A program made the position numbers and the translations under genes. A stretch of DNA of 64,000 nt from Candidatus Poribacteria bacterium (GTDB taxonomy: Bacteria; Poribacteria; WGA-4E; PCPOR2b): NCBI GenBank assembly GCA_965247655.1, contig OZ252032.1, positions 3,717,888-3,781,887 of the forward strand. Direction: 5' to 3'. Shown piece by piece: positions 17,373 through 25,666 of the stretch (positions within the stretch are counted from its first letter, which is position 1; the number at the start of each line of letters is the position of its first letter). Under the pieces are notes generated by a model. That model saw only the letters and a program-made list of their open reading frames with translations, did no database searches and was not told where the DNA came from.

Positions 17373-19856
17373 TTAAAAACTAGAGTACCACATCAAATCG
17401 AAATGAACTCCCCGCTCAGAGTCGAAAGGTTTGGACAAGTTAAATCTGAGAGGAGACTCCTGCCCTAACTGCAATCCTATGCCGGCACTTGTCTTCGGGT
17501 CAAAGCGGTACGGCTTATCAGACACGTTCCAGACTTGCCCTTGATCAAGAAACAATACGAGGAACGTCTTCACATGCTTTAACCACTCCCAACCGTATGG
17601 ATTAGGCATGGGTAGGCGGTAGAAATATTCCAAATTGAGTAGGGAGACGTGATCGCCTGCAAACACATGCAGCGGATATCCGCTAAGCGTTCCCCTGCCC
17701 CCAATAATAAATTGGCGTTGAATCGGCAGTGCGCTTGTGGCAGCACCTAACACCAGTCGTGTGCGGATAATGTCGTCCCCTCTTGAGGCAGCATATCGCA
17801 GCTGTAGCTGGAATCGCGTAAAATCAAAGTCTGACCCAACAGCAGGGTTACTATGTTCAATGAGCAGGGTATTGTGCCAGCCAAGGCTACTGTTTTGCAA
17901 AGGCACAGAGACGCCTGTGGAAGATATTTGTGGGGTGTTGTCTTTCCGGGCGTTTAGGTGGTATCTCAATGTAACACTCTGCAACTGCCCGGGGGTTATT
18001 GGGGGATTTTCTTCCGCTTCCGATTCTGAACCCCAGTTTCCAAATTGCCAATCTGTAGTCTTCTGTAGGCTCTCATGTGACTCGGCACGCATCGTCAATT
18101 CGAACGAATGTGTTGGCACCACCGGCGCCCATCGCACCGATGTCTTGACACCTTTGCTCAAATAGTAGTTATGAAATCCGAGCGCCCAAAACGCATCTGA
18201 CACACCGCCATAGTGTGGGAAGAGCTCAGGAGCGATAGCAGTTGTGGCACGATGGATTTGAGCAGAGATACCCAGACTTGATGCGCCGGACTGACTCCAA
18301 ATCATGTCGCCACCCACCCGGTAATTGAGATCCCGATTTCCGAACCCATAGCCGCCCTCGCCAAAGAGTTTCGGCAGATACGCTCTAACCGAATTGGGAA
18401 CGTTCGACATCCAGAGCGGACCTATCTGCCTCCGTTTTCCCATTTCAAGATGAGCACCAAGCAGCCAACCAGTAACACGATTAAATTGAATGAGCGGAAA
18501 CGCATGGAAATAATAGTCTGAGGAGAGCCTTCTTTCCACAACGGTAATTATTGCAACGCGCCTTGTGCCGTCATTTTCAAACTGTAGGGAGACTCGACTA
18601 AAATAGGGTAGGGCGTCTTTCAAATTATCAATCGCTTTTTCGACTTCGTCAGGTCCGTTTTCAAGGACGGCTTGAATCTCCGCTTCACCGATTTTCTGAT
18701 TTCCTTGAATCCGGACTTCGTGAATTGGATCTCTCGCGGCAGTCCAAAGCCCCGTAGGTGAAGAGGTTAGCAAACGCGTTGTATCCGGCTGTGCTATGAC
18801 TATGATTGTTGCGATACGTCTCGTATCGTTACCCTTAATTTCTACGACGACCCGATTCAAATCCGGCAAGGGTAAGTAGGCAATCGCTTTTACGATATCC
18901 TCAGGTCCATTTTCAAGAGCAGTTTGAATCTCTGCATTGGTGACTTTCTGATTTCCTTGAACTCGGATTTCGTGAATCGGTTTACCTTCAGAAGTCCGAA
19001 ACCGTGTTGGAGTGGCTTGTCCTTGCGGGGTTTTATTGGGACGTATTATCAGCGAAGTTGGCAAACGTCGCACATCCGATTGCACTGTGACAATAATTGT
19101 TGCGACGCGTGTGCCACCTTCTGCATCGATCCGGACTGTTAGTGTTTGAATATCCGGGAGTTTGCTACGCAAGGTTGCCATAGCCGCAATGATTTCATCT
19201 GGGCCTTCCTCAAGCACTGTTCTAATTTGCGGTTCAATGGTTGTCTGATTGGCTTGAATTTGCACCTCATGAATCGGGTCGCCTTCGGGCATCCGAAGCA
19301 AGGTTGAAGTAGATGTGGTATTACGCCTTGCACCGAATGTGCTCAGTTCAGGTATATCAATGCCAACTTGATTCAAATTGCCCACGAGTTCGCTCACCTG
19401 TTTTGGCGCGAGCCGACCGTCTATATTTATCAGATACAGCGCCTTTCTGCCCGTGTCTCCACTGTGCTGATACACGGTCTTTTCGCTTTTGACAATTACA
19501 AAGATACTGATAACGGTGTCGCTTTGCGTGAGGGTATATAGGTGACAGTTCGCGCTTTTTTCTAACGCACTCCACCCACGTATTTTCAAGTTCGTCCCGT
19601 AATGATCAAGCATCTTGTCAAAATGACGAGCCTTGTAGGCGCGGAGGTGCAGGTGCTCGAGCGTGCTAAATTGCGAGGCAGTATCGGCGCTCATGTTTTC
19701 CATAACTAGCGCGATCGTACTGCGGTCTAAATCAAATCGAAACTCGACAAAAGGCTCATCGGGATAATCGAAAGGAACACGACCACTTTGTGGTTGTGCG
19801 TTCGCCGCTCTACTAAGTATGAGGAGTGAGAGGAAGAGAAGCATGAAGTGTTTCAT
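17373..19856 (-). CDS. Omp85/BamA-family outer-membrane protein with three tandem POTRA-like repeats
   Basis: Signal peptide MKHFMLLFLSLLILSRAANA. Three ~85-aa repeats (DPIHEVxIQGNQKxxxAEIQxxLENGPDE...). C-terminal D15-type barrel (GGRGTLSGY...NLEY...) ending in F. Confidence 0.75.
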   Translation of the reverse strand: MKHFMLLFLSLLILSRAANAQPQSGRVPFDYPDEPFVEFRFDLDRSTIALVMENMSADTASQFSTLEHLHLRAYKARHFDKMLDHYGTNLKIRGWSALEKSANCHLYTLTQSDTVISIFVIVKSEKTVYQHSGDTGRKALYLINIDGRLAPKQVSELVGNLNQVGIDIPELSTFGARRNTTSTSTLLRMPEGDPIHEVQIQANQTTIEPQIRTVLEEGPDEIIAAMATLRSKLPDIQTLTVRIDAEGGTRVATIIVTVQSDVRRLPTSLIIRPNKTPQGQATPTRFRTSEGKPIHEIRVQGNQKVTNAEIQTALENGPEDIVKAIAYLPLPDLNRVVVEIKGNDTRRIATIIVIAQPDTTRLLTSSPTGLWTAARDPIHEVRIQGNQKIGEAEIQAVLENGPDEVEKAIDNLKDALPYFSRVSLQFENDGTRRVAIITVVERRLSSDYYFHAFPLIQFNRVTGWLLGAHLEMGKRRQIGPLWMSNVPNSVRAYLPKLFGEGGYGFGNRDLNYRVGGDMIWSQSGASSLGISAQIHRATTAIAPELFPHYGGVSDAFWALGFHNYYLSKGVKTSVRWAPVVPTHSFELTMRAESHESLQKTTDWQFGNWGSESEAEENPPITPGQLQSVTLRYHLNARKDNTPQISSTGVSVPLQNSSLGWHNTLLIEHSNPAVGSDFDFTRFQLQLRYAASRGDDIIRTRLVLGAATSALPIQRQFIIGGRGTLSGYPLHVFAGDHVSLLNLEYFYRLPMPNPYGWEWLKHVKTFLVLFLDQGQVWNVSDKPYRFDPKTSAGIGLQLGQESPLRFNLSKPFDSERGVHFDLMWYSSF

Positions 19857-20007
19857 CTAAAATTTCCTGTTAGTGCCCTCAGGCAAATCAGCAGAAAAAG
19901 GTGAACACACCTAATGCCTCTCTTTCCCACCTCGTCCTCCACATCGCTATTCGCTGGCTTCAGCCATTGAAAACGACGCGAAGGAAAGATTGGATCTGTA
20001 AAGGGTA

Positions 20008-21423
20008 TCAGTTATTCAAAAACTGTTTCGCCCTTTCATATACCTCTTGGGCTTTCCCATACGAGATGGCTGCGGCTTTTGCTGCGGCAACCAAGTGGCG
20101 AAAACGGAGTGGAGGGCGGGTTGTTTGAAACTCTTCAACCGTTGCCTGATGGTGCTTCAACGCGTGCATCTCTGTCGCGTTATCCCGGCAGGCGATTTCG
20201 GTGAGGCGGGTGATTAATGCTTGCGGCTCATGTCCCAATTCTCCATACCTTGCCGTTAGCGTTGCTGCTCCGTCAACGTTATTGGCAGCGATAGCTTCCT
20301 CAATGGCAGACAATAGTTGGCTCTGACCTTGTTGAGGAATTGCAGCTACAGCATCGGGAGAGGGGTAGGGTCCGGCATCAATACGCTCTTTCGCATTTCT
20401 GACCTCGGGGCCCGAATTCCATAGCAGGAGGGCTAATATCTTGTTTTCTTTACAGATACCGTTGACCCGCAGGACATGACGCCTCACATTGACGCCGGTG
20501 TGCATGTGGACATCCATCGGATTGCTGGTATCCAAGCGCAAGAAAAGGTCTGAAGCAGCGAACGAAAGTGCTTCACCGGCTCCCTCTAAGGACAGCCCGT
20601 CCGCAAGTGCTTGGGCGGTCGTTTCAGGGATGTCAGCAAAGGCGCAGTCATTCAACCCTGCACGCAATTGAACGATAGCCTCGGTTTCATCGGCTCCCGT
20701 CGTTTGGCGCAGCGGGATTGAAAGCAGCTGATATTTCTCAATCAACTCGGTAATTTCTTGCACAGGTTTCGCTGAAGGCGGCTGTGAGATATAGCGTACG
20801 GGACCACGGGTGAGTACCTGAAGGTGCTCCCAATCGAGCCATTCGAGTACCCGCCACGTATAGACTGGATAGATGAATTTATGGTCATCCATCAGATTCT
20901 TTAGGAGGGCAACCGTCAGAAGCATATCCAGTGCTTCTTCGTGCGGCACGTTCTGAACGAGCCAAAGAAAGTAATGGTCGGCGTCATTGACAGAGCCACG
21001 CCGCACTGCATCAAAGAACGCTTGTTTGGTTCCCTCAACTCCACCGGCATCAAGCGGTTCAAATGCTGGCAACAGATAGGGACCCATAGAGGGGTGATGG
21101 ATATGCTTATTGGCTAAAGCGACGTTTTGCACCACGGGTAGAAAGCGATTGTCCCCAGAAAGCCTTGAGGCTATCTCTTTCACCGCATGTATCCCAGAGA
21201 CGGGATGCATGTGTCCGCCGTGATGGCCCCACTGCCCGTTCGCAAAGAAAGGCATCTCCGATGAACGGACGGCCGCTAGCGCAGAAGCGGTACACATTTC
21301 CTTAATCGAAACCCCAGCGTGGAGTTTTTCTATCGTCTTTTCCACAATGTCTTCAGGTGCGGTTTCCTCTACAAATTGCACCTGAGGTTCTATAGTATCG
21401 GGATATTGGACACTCGTGTACAT
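20008..21423 (-). CDS. Hypothetical protein (471 aa), His-rich N-terminal block
   Basis: Long ORF with a strong RBS (AAAGGAGG). Contains GHHGGHMHPVSGIH and KHIHHP. I recognise no family. Confidence 0.6.
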   Translation of the reverse strand: MYTSVQYPDTIEPQVQFVEETAPEDIVEKTIEKLHAGVSIKEMCTASALAAVRSSEMPFFANGQWGHHGGHMHPVSGIHAVKEIASRLSGDNRFLPVVQNVALANKHIHHPSMGPYLLPAFEPLDAGGVEGTKQAFFDAVRRGSVNDADHYFLWLVQNVPHEEALDMLLTVALLKNLMDDHKFIYPVYTWRVLEWLDWEHLQVLTRGPVRYISQPPSAKPVQEITELIEKYQLLSIPLRQTTGADETEAIVQLRAGLNDCAFADIPETTAQALADGLSLEGAGEALSFAASDLFLRLDTSNPMDVHMHTGVNVRRHVLRVNGICKENKILALLLWNSGPEVRNAKERIDAGPYPSPDAVAAIPQQGQSQLLSAIEEAIAANNVDGAATLTARYGELGHEPQALITRLTEIACRDNATEMHALKHHQATVEEFQTTRPPLRFRHLVAAAKAAAISYGKAQEVYERAKQFLNN

Positions 21424-21547
21424 GACAGACCTCCTTTTGGAGTTCTAGATGGGACGATTCACACTGTGTGATTTCCAATACATTCGTTTGAAATTGAGAC
21501 ACTATAGATGTTATCACGATGCGGAATAGAAGGCAATAGAAATATGT

Positions 21548-21804
21548 AGGGTCATTTAATTCTCCTGTAGGAGGGATCTCCGAATCCCGACACTTCACTG
21601 TAGGAGTGACTTCCCGATCGTGACTTATCCCACAGAATCGACAGAAAACCGAAAACTATGGTGAAGTCTATAAATAAGTAAACATTTGCTAATAATTTGG
21701 GTCTTTCCGAAGTTTCCAAAGTCCCCCTGATAAGGGGGATTTAGGGGGTTAGCTGTATATTGGGAGTGTCTAATTAATTCTAAAATCTACTATAAATGAC
21801 CCTA
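21548..21804 (+). mobile_element. MITE-like element (family D) flanked by a 10-bp direct repeat
   Basis: AGAAATATGT occurs at 21538-21547 and 21805-21814. Inverted ends are TAGGGTCATT (21547-21556) and AATGACCCTA (21795-21804). The left part recurs at 9091-9106 and, inverted, at 10140-10195. Confidence 0.65.
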
Positions 21805-21900
21805 AGAAATATGTGAGCCAAGATCCCCAGCCCGGTTAAGACAGACCACCACCTACGCAAAGCGCGGTGAATTGAATGGGATTTTTACACATTCTATGTA

Positions 21901-22266
21901 CTATTCTTCGCTTAGAATGCCGGCTACAATGAGACCGGTCATAAGAATTGTGTATGAACCCCAGAAAACAGTGCCATATACCCTCCCATTCCTAACTTTC
22001 CGATCGCGATAGCCTGCCAAGAACCCTTTTTGATAAGAATCCGATTCGGTTTCGATGATTTTTTGCATCGCAGATGGTACATCCTTCGGTGAGGAGTTAA
22101 AAGGTCCCTCTGTTTTCGCGAAGGCGATACCTGCTTTATAGCCGCGGTCAAACTCATCGGCGTCGAGAGAATACCGGTTCATAAAAAAATCGTGGGAGGT
22201 AGTTGAAGCACACCCAGAGATAACCAAAACACAACAGAAGAGTGCACCAATTTGTCGGAACTTCAT
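21901..22266 (-). CDS. Small lipoprotein with a C-terminal hydrophobic helix
   Basis: Signal peptide with lipobox VISGC. GGAGAC RBS. Confidence 0.6.
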   Translation of the reverse strand: MKFRQIGALFCCVLVISGCASTTSHDFFMNRYSLDADEFDRGYKAGIAFAKTEGPFNSSPKDVPSAMQKIIETESDSYQKGFLAGYRDRKVRNGRVYGTVFWGSYTILMTGLIVAGILSEE

Positions 22267-22357
22267 GTTTGTCTCCTATCTTGTGCAAGTGAGAATATGG
22301 ATAGAACTATTCACCTAATGAAATCTTGCGGAATAGCGTTGCAAGTTGGTTGAATTA

Positions 22358-23755
22358 CTATGGCGAAAAGAAAATCTGCCACACCCCATTTTCTTTTCGC
22401 ATCTTATGAAGTGCGTCCGGTATCTTCGGCATTTCAAACCCCGACGCCCCCGGCACTTCCGGTGACGGTATTCTTATTTGAAAGTGGAATTCATCACCTA
22501 CATGCTCGCTGCTCACAATCTCTACCTGACCAAACATCTGTTTAAGTATCGGTTGCATCATCTCCCTAAGCATCGGAAGCATCTCATCTACTATATCTGC
22601 TGGCATCACATCATAATACATATCTACAAGATCTTGTGGTAACTCCCCATTTAAGACAGGCAACATTGCACTCTCAAACTCTTCCTTGGCAGCCCCTGTC
22701 ATTAAGATGCGCATTGCGTCAGCATCTAAATTCCTAAACGCCTCTACGTAAGCGTTCATCACATCTTCAGCGGACTGTCCCTCGTCATCTAATAACGTAG
22801 AGGAGTCAGTAAAGAGGCTCTGATCCGCTTCCATTTCAAATTCTGCCTCTGTCATGAATTGTTCCGTATCTGTTTCTTCGGATTGTCCCAAGAAATCGTC
22901 AACCAGTTCCAATCCTTCTGTGGAAATCTGTGACTGATTGTCACGGTTCTCTGCATCTTGAGCAGAATCAGTTTGGGCAGCCAAGCCTTCGGAGTTGTTT
23001 CGTGGGCGGGGTGTGCCGTCCTCCCACGGCGACAAATACACGCGCTCCTCGATTATAGGCGCATTCATCTGGCGGATACCGACGAAACCGATGAAAATCA
23101 GCGCAACCAACGCTGCTACCCCAACCGTTATTTTAGGCACCGTTCCCACTTTCATGACAGTTAGACCTCCTGAATAAATTTTCTTTAGCATCGTTGCAGG
23201 AGAAACGAAGATACCGGTCAGAAGATATTGCAACCGTTTGGAGAGTTGTCGCTTGGCACGCGACAGCCGAAACGCAATGGCGTTATATGACAGCCCGTGC
23301 GTATTTATCAGTTCGTCGTAGCTTGCGCCATCGAGGTAATACGCGCGGGCAATCTCCCTATCTTTTTCCGAGAGCGTCTCCATCGCGCGGCGAATCAATT
23401 CCCTCTGCTCCTGCCGTATTAATCGCTCATCAGAGGAATCTTCTGTTTGAAGTATCTGTTCACTCACTTCGTCAATGGGAACGGTATCGATTCGCTGTTT
23501 TCTCAGCCAACTTCGTGCGCGATTTCGTGCAATCTCCCCCAACCAATTTTTGAACTTTGCCATCTCCTGATACTGCGCCAAACCGCGATAGGCATTGAGA
23601 AAGGTGTCTTGTACAACTTCCTCGGCATCGTGTGGATTGTTCACAATTCTGATAACAATCGCATAAACGAAGGGATAATATACCCGTATCAACTCAACAA
23701 ATGCACCTTCGTCCCCAGATTGGGCACGGTGAATGAGTGTGTTGTCGTTAGCCAT
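22358..23755 (-). CDS. ECF-type sigma-70 factor fused to a transmembrane helix and an acidic extracytoplasmic C-terminal domain
   Basis: Region 2 (DAEEVVQDTFLNAYR) and region 4 (SYDELINTHGLSYNAIAFRLSRAKRQL), then a TM segment (ITVGVAALVALIFIGFVGI) and about 235 further residues. Confidence 0.8.
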   Translation of the reverse strand: MANDNTLIHRAQSGDEGAFVELIRVYYPFVYAIVIRIVNNPHDAEEVVQDTFLNAYRGLAQYQEMAKFKNWLGEIARNRARSWLRKQRIDTVPIDEVSEQILQTEDSSDERLIRQEQRELIRRAMETLSEKDREIARAYYLDGASYDELINTHGLSYNAIAFRLSRAKRQLSKRLQYLLTGIFVSPATMLKKIYSGGLTVMKVGTVPKITVGVAALVALIFIGFVGIRQMNAPIIEERVYLSPWEDGTPRPRNNSEGLAAQTDSAQDAENRDNQSQISTEGLELVDDFLGQSEETDTEQFMTEAEFEMEADQSLFTDSSTLLDDEGQSAEDVMNAYVEAFRNLDADAMRILMTGAAKEEFESAMLPVLNGELPQDLVDMYYDVMPADIVDEMLPMLREMMQPILKQMFGQVEIVSSEHVGDEFHFQIRIPSPEVPGASGFEMPKIPDALHKMRKENGVWQIFFSP

Positions 23756-23771
23756 GGCACGTTGTTCCTCC

Positions 23772-23798
23772 CTTGCATTCTATTATTAACGCCGTTCT
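23772..23798 (-). promoter_or_regulatory. Candidate ECF-type promoter (AGAAC-N17-GCAAG) upstream of 22358..23755
   Basis: The minus strand reads AGAAC (23798-23794), 17 nt, GCAAG (23776-23772). It is preceded by the conserved A-tract block AAAAAAGTGCTAAAAAAA shared with the paralog. Confidence 0.3.
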
Positions 23799-23975
23799 GC
23801 GAATTTTTTTAGCACTTTTTTGGAGATTTAACTGTCTAAATCCAGATTTACTGGATTAAAGGACTCTTAGAATAACAGATTTTTCACGCTCGACAAATAA
23901 AAAAAGGCGAATGGATTGAACCATTCGCCTTATGAAGTCCTTTGGGATTGAGTTGCCGGTTGCTTTAACGTTTCA

Positions 23976-25451
23976 CTACTCATTGTTGTCATAGATTCGC
24001 CACGTCCCATCCACTCTCCGCATCTTAACAAGACTCTCCATGCTCTCCGGTAGCTGTGGCATCTTCGGAATTTCCAGTCCCGGCACCTGTGGTATCTCCG
24101 GCATCTCCGGCATCGGTGTTCTTACTTGGAAGTGGAATTCATCCCCCACATATTCACTGCTCACAACTTCTGCCTGACCATACATCTGACTAAACACCTC
24201 CCGGGCCCTCGCCTGCACCTCCGAATCCTGCATCATCTCCCGCATCATCTGCCTCCCCCTATTTACCATCTCTTCTGACATCCCTTCTGGCATATCATCT
24301 GCTACGTTATTTACCAATTCTTCTGAAATTACCAATTCTAACTCTCCGCCCAAGATACGAAAAGCACCCTCCGCTCTTTCTCTGGCGACCCCTGTCACGA
24401 GTGGGAGTAATGCCTCAAAGTCAGCATTTTTGTACGCCTCCATATAAGCATACATCACATCTTCAGCGGACCGACCCTCGTCGTCTAATAACGTGGCGAT
24501 ATCGGTAAAGAGACTCTGATTCGCCTCTATCTTAAATTCTGCGTCTGTCGTGAATTGCGCTGTACCCGTTTCTTCAGATTGACTGAAGAAATCGTCAACT
24601 AGGTCCAGCCCTTCCGTAGAAATCTGTGACTGATTGTCCCGGTTTTCTGTGTCTTGAGTAGAATCAGTTTGGGCAGCCAAGCCTTCGGAGTTGTTTCGTA
24701 GGCGTTCAGTGCCGTCCTCCCATGGGGACAGATATACACGCTCCTCAACTATGGGCGCATTCATCTGGCGGACACCCACGAAACCGATAAGAATCAGCGC
24801 AATCAGCGCTGCTACCCCAATCGTTATTTTAGGCACCGTTCCAATTTTCATGACAGTTAGACCTCCTGAATAAATCTTTTTTAGTGTCATCGCGGGAGAA
24901 ACGAAGATACCAGTCAGAAGATATTGCAATCGTTTGGAGAGTTGCCGCTTTGCACGCGATAGTCGAAATGCAATTGCGTTGTATGACAGCCCGTGCGTCC
25001 TTGTTAGCTCGTCGTAGCTCGCTCCGTCTAAATAGAAAGCTTGGGCAATCTTCCTGTCTTTTTGCGGAAGCGTTTCCATTGTCCGGCGAATCAACTCTCT
25101 CTGCTCCTGCCGTATTAATCGCTCATCAGAAGTATCTTCCGTTTGAAGCGTCTGTTCGCTTACTTCGTCAATGGATACGGTATCGCTCCTCTGTTTTCGG
25201 AGCCAGTTTCGTGCACAATTTTGTGCAATCTCTGCCAACCAACTTTTAAATTTGGCTGCATCCTCAAGCTGTGCCAGCCCTCGATAAGCATTGAAGAACG
25301 CGTCTTGTACTACCTCTTCGGTGTCGTGGGAATTTTTCACGATTCTAATAACAATCGCATAGACGAAGGGGTAGTGTTCTCGCATTAGAGCAGCAAAAGC
25401 CCCTTCATTCCCGGTTTGGGCACGATGGATGAGTGTGTTGTCCTTAGCCAT
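23976..25451 (-). CDS. ECF-type sigma-70 factor fused to a TM helix and extracytoplasmic domain (tandem paralog)
   Basis: The N-terminal ~290 aa are nearly collinear with 22358..23755. The C-terminal domain is diverged and longer. Confidence 0.8.
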   Translation of the reverse strand: MAKDNTLIHRAQTGNEGAFAALMREHYPFVYAIVIRIVKNSHDTEEVVQDAFFNAYRGLAQLEDAAKFKSWLAEIAQNCARNWLRKQRSDTVSIDEVSEQTLQTEDTSDERLIRQEQRELIRRTMETLPQKDRKIAQAFYLDGASYDELTRTHGLSYNAIAFRLSRAKRQLSKRLQYLLTGIFVSPAMTLKKIYSGGLTVMKIGTVPKITIGVAALIALILIGFVGVRQMNAPIVEERVYLSPWEDGTERLRNNSEGLAAQTDSTQDTENRDNQSQISTEGLDLVDDFFSQSEETGTAQFTTDAEFKIEANQSLFTDIATLLDDEGRSAEDVMYAYMEAYKNADFEALLPLVTGVARERAEGAFRILGGELELVISEELVNNVADDMPEGMSEEMVNRGRQMMREMMQDSEVQARAREVFSQMYGQAEVVSSEYVGDEFHFQVRTPMPEMPEIPQVPGLEIPKMPQLPESMESLVKMRRVDGTWRIYDNNE

Positions 25452-25467
25452 GGCTCTCGGTTCCTCC

Positions 25468-25493
25468 CTTACACTTTATTAAGACACAGTTCC
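25468..25493 (-). promoter_or_regulatory. Candidate ECF-type promoter (GGAAC-N16-GTAAG) upstream of 23976..25451
   Basis: The minus strand reads GGAAC (25493-25489), 16 nt, GTAAG (25472-25468). The same upstream A-tract block is present. Confidence 0.3.
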
Positions 25494-25666
25494 GAGATTT
25501 TTTTTAGCACTTTTTTGCATTGAGACGTGAATTTTTATTTTTGGTTGGCTTTGGTAGGATTAGGCAAATTGAGAGTACATTTGGTCGCAGGAAGTTGACT
25601 ACCAATAAAAAAAGCCGACCTATGATGAGTCGGCTTTCGTATTTCATACCTTAATATTGGGAGGGG

